From the NCBI GenBank assembly GCA_016932505.1, contig JAFGCT010000028.1, positions 2,404-66,403 of the forward strand: a stretch of 64,000 nt of DNA. The letters run 5' to 3'. Under the pieces are notes generated by a model. That model did no database searches. It was not told where the DNA came from and worked only from the letters and a program-made list of their open reading frames with translations. The DNA is from Candidatus Peregrinibacteria bacterium (lineage in GTDB: Bacteria; Patescibacteriota; Gracilibacteria; UM-FILTER-43-11). Positions 9,325 through 18,102 of this stretch are shown here, one piece after another (the first letter of the stretch is position 1; each line of letters opens with the position of its first letter). Both the position numbers and the translations under genes were made by a program.

Positions 9325-9351
9325 CCCCTTATGATGCAATGTCATAAGGGG
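9325..9351 (+). terminator. 10-bp perfect hairpin downstream of the GC-rich gene (no clear U-tract)
   Basis: ccccttatga-tgcaatg-tcataagggg. Confidence 0.4.
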
Positions 9352-9421
9352 TCTTGAATATGTATTTTTAAAAAACTTAATACAATATTGCTAATATTCT
9401 ATTTCCTGCACACATATATGC

Positions 9422-9727
9422 TTATACACCGGTAAGTTCATCATCAAGATTAAAATCCTCATCTTCACTAATAGCATCCTCCTGTTCCAGAATCCTGATT
9501 GTTTCTGACATTTTATCTTTAACTACCTTATTAAATTCAGCCAATGTTTTTTCCAATACTTCATTTTGCTCCTCAATAATCCTGGTGCGGGACTCCTCAT
9601 CTCCTTCATCCAGTTTCGCAATTTTTGCCTGAGCTTCCGCTGTTACCTTTTTACAATAATTATCAAACGCCTGATGCGTCCTTGCAATATATTCTTTTGC
9701 CGATATTACCTGCGGAGATTGACTCAT
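9422..9727 (-). CDS. small acidic coiled-coil protein, tandem paralog A
   Basis: Collinear similarity to the adjacent 105-aa ORF: Y(I)xR..xAFxN(H/Y)C, EGD(E/V)E(S/G)R, KTLAE(F/L), and C-terminal (D/E)FNL(D/E)(D/E)EL..V. Confidence 0.65.
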   Translation of the reverse strand: MSQSPQVISAKEYIARTHQAFDNYCKKVTAEAQAKIAKLDEGDEESRTRIIEEQNEVLEKTLAEFNKVVKDKMSETIRILEQEDAISEDEDFNLDDELTGV

Positions 9728-9763
9728 TTTATTTAATTCGTTTATAAAATCTTTTTTTGTTAA

Positions 9764-10081
9764 TTAAACACTCGCCAGCTCTTCTTCTAAATTGAATTCT
9801 TTTTCACTTAGGGCTTTTTCTGATTCTTCCATTTTCTTACGAGTCTCTCTTGTTTTAGCATTAAGAACCGTCTTAAGTTCTGCAAGAGTCTTATCCAATT
9901 CTATTTTCTGGTCTTCCAAGATCTTTTTTCTTCCTTCAACGTCACCCTCTTCAGTTGCATCAATTTTCCTGATTGTTTCTTCGTGAATCAACTCACAATG
10001 CTTATTAAAAGCCTCATACACCCTATCTATATAATCATCTGCGCTAAGCTGAGTTGTATCGCCTTGTGTTTGGTCGGTCAT
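9764..10081 (-). CDS. small acidic coiled-coil protein, tandem paralog B
   Basis: See the paralog at 9422..9727. Confidence 0.65.
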   Translation of the reverse strand: MTDQTQGDTTQLSADDYIDRVYEAFNKHCELIHEETIRKIDATEEGDVEGRKKILEDQKIELDKTLAELKTVLNAKTRETRKKMEESEKALSEKEFNLEEELASV

Positions 10082-10092
10082 AATTTTATATA

Positions 10093-10737
10093 TTACCTTT
10101 TTGCATTTCTTGCTGCACGTTGTCCTTCTTCCTGGCTAAAGTCAAAAGAACGTTGAGCTTCAGCTTTAGACATATCAATACCGGCCTTTCTGGACGCTTC
10201 TCTAAATGCTGCCTCACCTTGAGTTGCCAATGCCATTTGCAAATTCATTGCAAGATTTTGGTAAGTATTTATTTGGCTCTTTGGCATTCTTGCACCATTT
10301 GAAGATAAAAATGCTTGTTCCTTACTGCTTAAAGGCTTACACGGAGCGGGATTTAGATAATATGGATAAGTAAAGTTTCCTAAATCAATCACACCACCAT
10401 CGGCGTTCGCTGTTTTTAGCATTTGTTTCTTCCATTCTTTTTCCAATTTTACTAAAAGCTTTTTAAGATGTTTATACGCAACTGCAGGATTATCAATATT
10501 TGATGCATCTACATTTAAATGTGTTTTTAAATTATCACTTTGCTCTTCAACTGTATTCATAATATTTTTGCCCCAATCCTCATACAAATTCTTTCTAGCT
10601 TTATATTCAGCCATTTTTACTATTGTGTCTTCTGGTAACGGTGGCTTTTCTGAACTTGATTCGGGAACTTTCTCGACTCTTACAAGTCTATTTTCTAGAC
10701 CAACGTTGTAATTAAAATAATGATTAAATGTAAACAT
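10093..10737 (-). CDS. hypothetical protein (214 aa)
   Basis: ATG ORF, first gene of a three-gene minus-strand unit. N-terminus MFTFNHY...EKVP. Confidence 0.6.
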   Translation of the reverse strand: MFTFNHYFNYNVGLENRLVRVEKVPESSSEKPPLPEDTIVKMAEYKARKNLYEDWGKNIMNTVEEQSDNLKTHLNVDASNIDNPAVAYKHLKKLLVKLEKEWKKQMLKTANADGGVIDLGNFTYPYYLNPAPCKPLSSKEQAFLSSNGARMPKSQINTYQNLAMNLQMALATQGEAAFREASRKAGIDMSKAEAQRSFDFSQEEGQRAARNAKR

Positions 10738-10840
10738 GATGTTTTATTTTGTTAGTATTTATCATATTATTATAACAAATTTCTCTATAAAAATCAATCA
10801 TTATTTCTTATTTAACTAAAGTTTGGTACATATATTACTA

Positions 10841-10868
10841 TTGACATTTATGTGATATATGTTATACT
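10841..10868 (+). promoter_or_regulatory. sigma70-like promoter candidate
   Basis: ttgaca (10841-10846), a 16-nt spacer, then tatact (10863-10868). Confidence 0.45.
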
Positions 10869-10890
10869 CACACCCATATTTATGTTTTTT

Positions 10891-11568
10891 ATGTCTGAAA
10901 ATCTCATAAATCAAAGGCATGATATTACAACCGAGTCCTATGAAACTTGTGGTGTAATAAGTAAGGAACAAGCATTTTTAAGACGAATATGCATGTTGCT
11001 ATTTATAGGAAGCGTAACCTTACTTCCAGGTAATTCCCAAAGCTTGCCAATTAGTAGCCTTGAAAGCAATACAGATAGATCAGCTATGGTAGAACACGAA
11101 ATAATATCCAAAAGATTAAAGAAGCTAATTAAAATGACATGGAAAGCAATTCAGGAAAAATTGAGTAAAATGTCAAAGAATGATGCTCTTGAAATGCTAG
11201 AGACACTTTCAATTTTTAATGATGATATAGCTGAATTACTAGGAACTGATATTGATGCTAAAATAAGCAATAAAAACACATTAAATAATCAGGAAAAGAC
11301 ACTGCTCCTTAGATTGGCCAACCGATATGAGGCATCTTCAAACGGTAAGCTCTCAGCAATTCTATCAAAAAATGAGAAACCTACAGAAGAGGAATCAACT
11401 TGGCTAAAAAGCTTTTATAAAGAATTATGCCAGTCGATTATGAACAATGCTACTAAATATAGTAGTGCTCAGTCCTTCCTTCATAGTAAACAGTTTGTAC
11501 CGAATGATAATGCTGATATAGAGAAGGCAATTTCTGATTTCGGAAAATATATTGGAACCTTGAAATAA
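10891..11568 (+). CDS. hypothetical membrane-anchored protein (start uncertain: 10882 or 10891)
   Basis: The tracked GTG start at 10852 lies inside the promoter candidate, so a downstream ATG is more likely. One hydrophobic segment (ICMLLFIGSVTLL). Confidence 0.55.
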   Translation: MSENLINQRHDITTESYETCGVISKEQAFLRRICMLLFIGSVTLLPGNSQSLPISSLESNTDRSAMVEHEIISKRLKKLIKMTWKAIQEKLSKMSKNDALEMLETLSIFNDDIAELLGTDIDAKISNKNTLNNQEKTLLLRLANRYEASSNGKLSAILSKNEKPTEEESTWLKSFYKELCQSIMNNATKYSSAQSFLHSKQFVPNDNADIEKAISDFGKYIGTLK

Positions 11569-11575
11569 AACCACT

Positions 11576-11616
11576 AAAAAACCCTTACCAAAAGGGGGTG
11601 GAAGGCAAGGGTTTTT
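11576..11616 (+). terminator. intrinsic terminator
   Basis: cccttacc...ggcaaggg stem (one mismatch) followed by ttttt. Confidence 0.55.
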
Positions 11617-11700
11617 ATCCGTAAATCTAGAATGGTTTAATAATATAACATTGTATTTTTATGATGTCAAATTTATTTCCAATTAACCACCTATCGACTT

Positions 11701-11762
11701 AGTCAATTGGAAGTCAATTGGAAATATGATATCGTTATTTCGTTATTTCGTTATTTCGTTAT
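11701..11762. repeat. tandem 11-mer agtcaattgga x2 followed by 8-mer cgttattt x3.7
   Basis: Read directly from the sequence. The 11-mer recurs in reverse complement at 62288-62340. Confidence 0.85.
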
Positions 11763-11771
11763 AAATTATAA

Positions 11772-12599
11772 ATGATTGGTATATTCGATTCAGGTTTTGG
11801 CGGGCTTACAGTAATGAAGGAATACTTAAAAAAGTATCCTGAGTTTGATTATATGTATTTAGGAGATCAGGCAAATATGCCTTATGGAAGTCATTCTAAA
11901 GAAAGGTTGAACAAATTAGTTGTTCAGAATGTTGATTTTTTGGTTAATAAAGGATGTAAACTCATTATTATTGCCTGTAACACCGCTTCAGCGGATGCAC
12001 TTAGGCATGTTCAGAATATATATAAAGGTAATCCTACTATACTTGGCGTTTTGGTTCCTGCGGTAGAGAATTCCTTAAAAGAAACAAGGTTTGGTAATAT
12101 TGGTGTTATTGGTACTCGCGGAACAATCAATAGCAATGCCTATAAACGAGAAATTGAGAAATATGAAAATGACTTATATAAACCCACTGACAAACGGGCT
12201 AGAGAATCTGTAAAACTATATCAGCAAGCTTGTCCGCTATTAGTGCCCTTAGTAGAAGAGGGATTAATTAAAGCAACGGTAACCCGAATGATTTTAAAGA
12301 ACTACCTTAGACCGCTTAAAAACGCTCACATAGATACTTTAATACTTGGATGTACTCACTATCCCCTACTTCAAAAAGAAATTACTAGAATAATGGGTAA
12401 AAACTGCAAGATTATTTCTTCAGCACAGGCGGCTACTTATGCCATAGGCAGTTACTTTGAAAATCACCCAGATGTTCTGAATTTAATTACAAGGAATGGA
12501 AAACGCACCTATTATACAACAGACTGCCCAGAGAGATTTGCAGATTTAGGAAAAAGGTTTTTAGGTGAAGTGATTGTAGGTGAAAAGGTGGAGATTTGA
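11772..12599 (+). CDS. murI: glutamate racemase
   Basis: IGIFDSGFGGLTV, IIACNTASA and LGCTHYP motifs, with both catalytic Cys contexts. Confidence 0.9.
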   Translation: MIGIFDSGFGGLTVMKEYLKKYPEFDYMYLGDQANMPYGSHSKERLNKLVVQNVDFLVNKGCKLIIIACNTASADALRHVQNIYKGNPTILGVLVPAVENSLKETRFGNIGVIGTRGTINSNAYKREIEKYENDLYKPTDKRARESVKLYQQACPLLVPLVEEGLIKATVTRMILKNYLRPLKNAHIDTLILGCTHYPLLQKEITRIMGKNCKIISSAQAATYAIGSYFENHPDVLNLITRNGKRTYYTTDCPERFADLGKRFLGEVIVGEKVEI

Positions 12600-12716
12600 G
12601 ATTTGTGATTTGTGATTTGTGATTTGAGACCTGCCTGCCGGTAGGCAAGGTTTGTGATTTGAGATTTGAGATTTGAGACCTGCCTGCCGGTAGGCAAGGT
12701 TTGTGATTTGAGATTT
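12593..12716. repeat. heptamer gatttg(t/a) array containing a 49-bp direct duplication, each copy carrying a GC-rich hairpin core
   Basis: gatttga/gatttgt units start at 12593. gagacctgcctgccggtaggcaaggtttgtgatttgagattt is present at 12626-12667 and 12675-12716. The cores cctgcctgccggtaggcaagg are at 12630-12650 and 12679-12699. Confidence 0.9.
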
Positions 12717-12741
12717 GTCATTTATAAAATAAATCAGTTTT

Positions 12742-12776
12742 AAAAAAACCCTTCGATATACATCGAAGGGTTTTTT
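12742..12776. terminator. bidirectional intrinsic terminator between murI and the SLH gene
   Basis: aaaaaaa-cccttcgat-atac-atcgaaggg-tttttt. Confidence 0.8.
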
Positions 12777-12789
12777 AGTTTGTTTGGTT

Positions 12790-14232
12790 TTATTTCATAC
12801 CAAGGATTTTAACTACTATTTTCGCAACTTCTGCGCGAGTAATCCGTTTTCCAGGTCCGAATGTGCCATCTGGGTAGCCTGCAACAATGTCATATGTCTG
12901 TGCATAGCCAACGTATCTAGCAAACCATGCGTTCTCATCTACATCAGGGAAGTTAGGAATTGAGTCATCTGAACCTAAGCCAGCTGATAATAAAAGAATC
13001 TTTAAGGCTTCAGCACGGTTAACTTTTCCATTTGGACTAAATACATTATTTTCATATCCTTTAATAATTCCTTTTTCTTTAGCTGCAATTATATAAGGAG
13101 CATACCAAGATGAAGTAGATACATCCGCAAAAGGAGAATAAGTTGCAATAGGATCTATAGAAATTCCAAATGCTTTTGTAGCGATTTTTGTAAGTTCAGC
13201 TCTTGTAATTTCATCGTTTGGAGCAAATACACCTTCTGATTTACCGCTTACAATACCTAGTTCATAAATCTGTTTAATATAAGCCTCTGCCCAGTGACCT
13301 GCAATATCATCAAAGCCCATAATTGTCTTAACTGCTTTTTCTACCGGACTCTCAGTCTTTTTACTATTATCCATCCACCATGTACCGCTACCAGAGCTTC
13401 CTCCTGAAGGAGTAACAGCAGTAGTAGTTGTAGTGGTTCCACCACCAGAAGTATAAGCAGCAAATGAAGAAGCTGCACAAGTATAGATTACCAACTGACC
13501 ACCACTAGCAGTAGCGGAAGTAGCCATAGGACTTGCTACACCATTTGTACAACTGGCAGCAGGACTTGTTGAAAGACTGCTTGTTGAGAAACCTTCACCG
13601 TAATGTTTTACAGTTATATAAATTGAAGTGCCATCTGGTACACCTGGGACAGGGATTGTAATCTGAACTGGGATATTGAATAACAATTTATAACCGATAG
13701 AACCAAAATCTAATGAAGCAAGTAATGTATTACTTCCTAGCTGTGAAGATAGAATTGTACCAACCCCTGCTCCAATTGCTGAAGCGTTAAATGTTCCTCC
13801 TCCACTTTTTGTAATCTGTAAACCAGAAGGAAGTACAATAGTAGCACCACCTGAGCTAAATGCAACAGTACTCGTCATAGTAGCTGATGTTGCAGCGGTA
13901 GGAGCACCTACTATAGTTGCCTCACCTGAACCAATGCTTGTAACAGTAGTTGGATTGCTATAATTGTAATACCCTTTAGCGTTTGAAGTTGGACTATAAT
14001 TATAAGCATAACCATAACCCCAACCCCAACCTGCAGAACCATAACCATAACCATAAAGGAATGACCCTGGACTAGCTGCGCTACTGTATGGATCCGGTGA
14101 AGTAGCACGCCAAAATGCGGCAAAAGTGCCTGGAGACAGCATAGTAAAGACAAGTGCAAACATTGTAATGGTTGCAAATACTTTTCCAAGTGCCTTTTCG
14201 CTTTTGAAAAAGTCTTTAAATAACTTAGACAT
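12790..14232 (-). CDS. SLH-domain cell-surface protein (three C-terminal SLH repeats)
   Basis: N-terminal signal/TM segment. Gly/Tyr/Trp low-complexity stretch (GYGYGSAGWGWGYGYAYNY). Thr-run linker (GGGTTTTTTAV). Three SLH-like repeats (FDDIAGHWAEAYI..., FADVSTSSWYAPYI..., FPDVDENAWFARYV...TRAE). Confidence 0.85.
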   Translation of the reverse strand: MSKLFKDFFKSEKALGKVFATITMFALVFTMLSPGTFAAFWRATSPDPYSSAASPGSFLYGYGYGSAGWGWGYGYAYNYSPTSNAKGYYNYSNPTTVTSIGSGEATIVGAPTAATSATMTSTVAFSSGGATIVLPSGLQITKSGGGTFNASAIGAGVGTILSSQLGSNTLLASLDFGSIGYKLLFNIPVQITIPVPGVPDGTSIYITVKHYGEGFSTSSLSTSPAASCTNGVASPMATSATASGGQLVIYTCAASSFAAYTSGGGTTTTTTAVTPSGGSSGSGTWWMDNSKKTESPVEKAVKTIMGFDDIAGHWAEAYIKQIYELGIVSGKSEGVFAPNDEITRAELTKIATKAFGISIDPIATYSPFADVSTSSWYAPYIIAAKEKGIIKGYENNVFSPNGKVNRAEALKILLLSAGLGSDDSIPNFPDVDENAWFARYVGYAQTYDIVAGYPDGTFGPGKRITRAEVAKIVVKILGMK

Positions 14233-14358
14233 ATTGTGATGGGGTTAATTTTTTTATTTAAGTATTTATACTCTTAAGTATTTTAGCTAATTTATGGCTA
14301 AAACTCAAAAAAAATCTATTTACTAATTGCAAAATAGTTTCCTAACTCTATTTTTATT

Positions 14359-15888
14359 TTATAGTGGCTTATAAACTGGCTTAGATTGGCTTTTTTTGTT
14401 GAATAGAATTTGTGCCATAACCGCACGATTAATTGGCTGCTTTAAATCAATGGAATTAATTGAATCAATATACCCATTTTCATAAGCATAAATTATATAA
14501 TTTTCTTCAAGCGAAGGCCATCCGCTAAAAGCACCTAAGGCATTTATCAAAAATTCTTTTGTAGACTCCTGAGTTGGGATAATATAAATATTTTTTAACC
14601 CTAAATAATAAGCAGCTTTAAATAAAATATAATTTTCACTATTTCTTGGAATGTACCTAAAATAGATGTCTTTGTCATTTTCAAAATTATTTAGATTTAC
14701 ACCAAAATATGAAAATAAAATTGATACTACTTCTTCATTGCTTAAAATTTTATCAGGGAAAATATAATTATCTTCAGCAAGTAAAACACCACTTTTTTGT
14801 AAATAGCTCATTGCCGGAAAAGCCCAGTGTTCGGAGGGCAGATCTTCATAAGAAGCCATTTCTACTTCCTCTTGTATGTTATTTGTATTTCCATCTAAAT
14901 ATAAATAACCGTAATACGATACTATGAATATTCCTATCACAATTCCATAACGGAAAAGGTTTTTTAGATAACTGTTTAAAAATGCCTTACTTGACCTTCC
15001 TACTGCAACCAGACCGACTTTTCTATATATTAAGTCTTTATATACTACCCATAATGAACCCACTCCTATGAATATGGAAATAAGATAATCAGATATTATA
15101 ATTACCGGCTTTGCCAGGAGCAACATTCCGATAATGTAAGTAGGTATAAATACGTAAAGAAAAGTTTTCAGGAATGAGCCAGCCTTACCTGACAACCTTA
15201 AAAACCCTTTATACTCCCCTGCTGTATAAAAATTTATTAGTAAAAGTCCAAGGCTTATAATATAAAGAGTTATTGAGTCCTGAGCACTTACTCCTTTTAC
15301 AAAACCCATACTCGCACCGCTAATGGAAACAAAAGCGATTAGCACAATTATGGGGAAGAAGTAAATATTCAGAATATTTAAAAAATTGAAGTAATTATTT
15401 AAAAAAGATTTTTGCTTCTGCATTACTGGTTGTTTTGCCCAATCTTCCAGCTTTTTAATAGTCTCTGAATCTTTGTTTAAATCAAAAATATGTAATGTTA
15501 TATATGTTGTTGCAGAAATTCCTCCAATTATTTGTAAGATATGTTCAGAAATAATATTACTATTGTATAAAAAAATACATAGAAGGAATAATACCAGAAG
15601 AAAATATGACATAAGCCAATATAATGCTTTTACATTGTTTATCCTTTCTATAATTACCTCATCATACATGCTCTCATTATTTTCACTTAAAACATTTTCA
15701 CTTTTTGTATTAAATATATATTTACCCGTACCCCATATAAAAAGGAATATAAAAAATAAAATACATAAACCCAAAATTCCGCCAAAATGATAGGACAATA
15801 TAAGGAGGAATACACTAAATAATACTACGATATAATTATCGAAAAATGAGCAAGCCTTTTTGTATTGTTGAACAATATTTTTATTCAT
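14359..15888 (-). CDS. polytopic membrane protein with C-terminal SLH-like segment
   Basis: About 10 hydrophobic segments. YEDLPSEHWAFPAMSYLQKSGVL resembles an SLH repeat. Confidence 0.6.
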   Translation of the reverse strand: MNKNIVQQYKKACSFFDNYIVVLFSVFLLILSYHFGGILGLCILFFIFLFIWGTGKYIFNTKSENVLSENNESMYDEVIIERINNVKALYWLMSYFLLVLFLLCIFLYNSNIISEHILQIIGGISATTYITLHIFDLNKDSETIKKLEDWAKQPVMQKQKSFLNNYFNFLNILNIYFFPIIVLIAFVSISGASMGFVKGVSAQDSITLYIISLGLLLINFYTAGEYKGFLRLSGKAGSFLKTFLYVFIPTYIIGMLLLAKPVIIISDYLISIFIGVGSLWVVYKDLIYRKVGLVAVGRSSKAFLNSYLKNLFRYGIVIGIFIVSYYGYLYLDGNTNNIQEEVEMASYEDLPSEHWAFPAMSYLQKSGVLLAEDNYIFPDKILSNEEVVSILFSYFGVNLNNFENDKDIYFRYIPRNSENYILFKAAYYLGLKNIYIIPTQESTKEFLINALGAFSGWPSLEENYIIYAYENGYIDSINSIDLKQPINRAVMAQILFNKKSQSKPVYKPL

Positions 15889-16402
15889 TGATTTGCATCT
15901 TCTTTATGCGGTATTCTCTTATTTGTGCAAGTATTAATATTATAAGAAAAATGTATGCGTAATCCGCGATTGCCTTTGCCTGCATATCTTCTTTTAGTAT
16001 TAAAAAAATCAAACTATAACAAAGTAGCACTACTGCAAACAATGCAGATATACGACTATCGAGAACATAAATAAATGAAAAAAGAAAGTAAGCCCAGGGC
16101 AGAATTAATAACAAAGGAAGTTCCTTAAACCAAATAAAAAGTAATCCTACTATAATACCTATAATAAGAATAACAAATAATTTTGGTGCTTTATAATTTT
16201 TTAGCAGATAATCCACAAATACCTTCCTCTTAATTCTATTTATCACATAAGGGAGTAGTAAAAGAAGGATAAAAGAGAATAGATAAACCAATGAGTTATT
16301 ATAAAAATTTCCTCCGGCAAGAATGCCGACTACCGACTTAATCAAAAACACTACAACTGCAATACCTAAGATGATTTTTATAAAACTATTCATATTTAAC
16401 AA
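15881..16402 (-). CDS. small polytopic membrane protein
   Basis: Five hydrophobic segments. Overlaps the downstream gene by 8 nt, which is operon-style packing. Confidence 0.55.
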   Translation of the reverse strand: MLNMNSFIKIILGIAVVVFLIKSVVGILAGGNFYNNSLVYLFSFILLLLLPYVINRIKRKVFVDYLLKNYKAPKLFVILIIGIIVGLLFIWFKELPLLLILPWAYFLFSFIYVLDSRISALFAVVLLCYSLIFLILKEDMQAKAIADYAYIFLIILILAQIREYRIKKMQINE

Positions 16403-16608
16403 CGAGATGACGAGATGACGAAATTACGAAATTACGATACAACACCCTTTGGAAATTTACAATTTCTAATTACTAATTTCTAATTAAATCCCAATTAAAC
16501 AATTACTGAATTTCCAATGTATTAATTTGGCATTGGACATTGGTCATTCATTAGAAATTAGAAATTGTAAATTAGAAATTATTCTCCTATACTCTGTACC
16601 GCATAATT
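16403..16608. repeat. divergent intergenic region composed almost entirely of short tandem/inverted repeat families
   Basis: cgagatga x2 and cgaaatta x2. ttacaatttctaattactaatttctaatt versus attagaaattagaaattgtaaattagaaatt (inverted). ttggcattggacattggtcatt is the reverse complement of the tgtccaa family seen at 7595-7615. Confidence 0.85.
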
Positions 16609-18102
16609 ATGAACTTTTTAAAGAAAAACAGGTGGGCGATAATTCTTTTTACCCTGATTATATGGGGCGGCTTTTTAAGATTTGATTCTCTTGGTGAGCA
16701 GAGCTTATGGATGGATGAAGGATTTTCTGTTTCAACTGCAAATAGTATTCTTGAAAACGGTTATCCATTGATGGATTCAGGAAGCACATCGTGGAGAGCT
16801 TTTCCAGTACATTATATTATGGCTATTGGTCTATTTATAAACAATGATCCTCAAATAGGTGGTCGAGTATTTACAGCTCTTGCAGGCACATTACTAATAC
16901 TTATTTTTTACTTATTCAATTATCAGATATTTAGGTCGAGAAGGCAGGCTATTATTGCCACCGCCCTTATGACATTTATGACTTATGAGATTGGATGGAG
17001 CAGACAAGCCAGAATGTATGTGTTTCTACAATTATTTATTATTACTTCACTTTATTTTTACTATCGATTTTTGGAGCAAAAGAATAAAACATTCTTAATA
17101 TTAGCATTTATATTCAGTGTTTTGAGCGTATACACCCACCAAGCTGGTTATTTAGCTCCACTTATTATCCTTCTTACAACTTTGATTGATGTAAGTGAAT
17201 TTAAAGAATGGTGGAAGTGGATAAAGAATAATTATAAATTTTCTATTTTGTTTATTCTTTTATTTGGATTATTTGTATACTCATTATTTTTAATTAAATC
17301 AGATTCATCACTTTTAGTAATAAAAAAAGCCGCAAAAAAAAGTTTTGATACGAATTACACAGTTAGCTACTTAAAGTTTTTAATACTAGAACTTGGTCTT
17401 TTTTTACCTGTTGGAGTCATAGGTTTTTTTACATTGGCATGGAAGAAAAAATCGAAGTACATGCTTGCCTTAACTATCGGAGTAGCTTCTTACTTCTTAT
17501 TAATCAGTTTTAAAAATCCAGTGCTAAATTTTAGATATTTACTCCCAATACTACCTTTTATTTTTATTTATATTGCCTACGCCTTCAATCAACTATTTGA
17601 AAAATTTAAAAAGAACCGAATTAGTAGTTCTATCTTCCTTTCGCTTTTTATAATACTTATTTCTTTTTCTGGAAAATCTAATTTTTTACCTAATGCATAT
17701 AATCTTGGGATTAGTGCACCACAACCAGATTGGAAAGCGGGTTATGAATGGATAAAAAATGATGCAGGAGATAAGGAAATAATCACAATCTCCACATTCC
17801 CAATGTTTCATGATATATATTATGGAAAGAATATCGGAGAGAAGTTTTATCTACCTTATTCAGGAAACGGCATGCCCGGTTCGTTTAATGACGATTCAAA
17901 TTATTCTAATGCAGAAGTTATTAATAGCTTAGATGAGCTACTCTCAATAAATGGATATTTGATTTTAGATAACTATGGGCTTAGAATGCTCCGTGATGAA
18001 GATGTTAGAAATTATCTAGGACCACTAAATCCAACGGAAATAATTAAGGGAGACTTTGATTTAATGATATGGAAAATAAATAACTATGAGCTTTCTACCT
18101 AA
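16609..18102 (+). CDS. GT-C fold glycosyltransferase (ArnT/PMT, GT39/GT83-like)
   Basis: About 12 TM segments. LWMDEGFSVSTA in the first loop resembles the DE-containing first-loop motif of the ArnT/PMT_2 family. Confidence 0.65.
   Translation: MNFLKKNRWAIILFTLIIWGGFLRFDSLGEQSLWMDEGFSVSTANSILENGYPLMDSGSTSWRAFPVHYIMAIGLFINNDPQIGGRVFTALAGTLLILIFYLFNYQIFRSRRQAIIATALMTFMTYEIGWSRQARMYVFLQLFIITSLYFYYRFLEQKNKTFLILAFIFSVLSVYTHQAGYLAPLIILLTTLIDVSEFKEWWKWIKNNYKFSILFILLFGLFVYSLFLIKSDSSLLVIKKAAKKSFDTNYTVSYLKFLILELGLFLPVGVIGFFTLAWKKKSKYMLALTIGVASYFLLISFKNPVLNFRYLLPILPFIFIYIAYAFNQLFEKFKKNRISSSIFLSLFIILISFSGKSNFLPNAYNLGISAPQPDWKAGYEWIKNDAGDKEIITISTFPMFHDIYYGKNIGEKFYLPYSGNGMPGSFNDDSNYSNAEVINSLDELLSINGYLILDNYGLRMLRDEDVRNYLGPLNPTEIIKGDFDLMIWKINNYELST

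Noticed and set aside
12512-12721. 69-aa minus-strand ORF (MTNLKSQTLPTGRQVSNLKSQITN...).
   Set aside because: It is entirely encoded by the gatttgt heptamer array and the duplicated hairpin module. The periodic NLKSQIT peptide is a translation artefact of the repeat.
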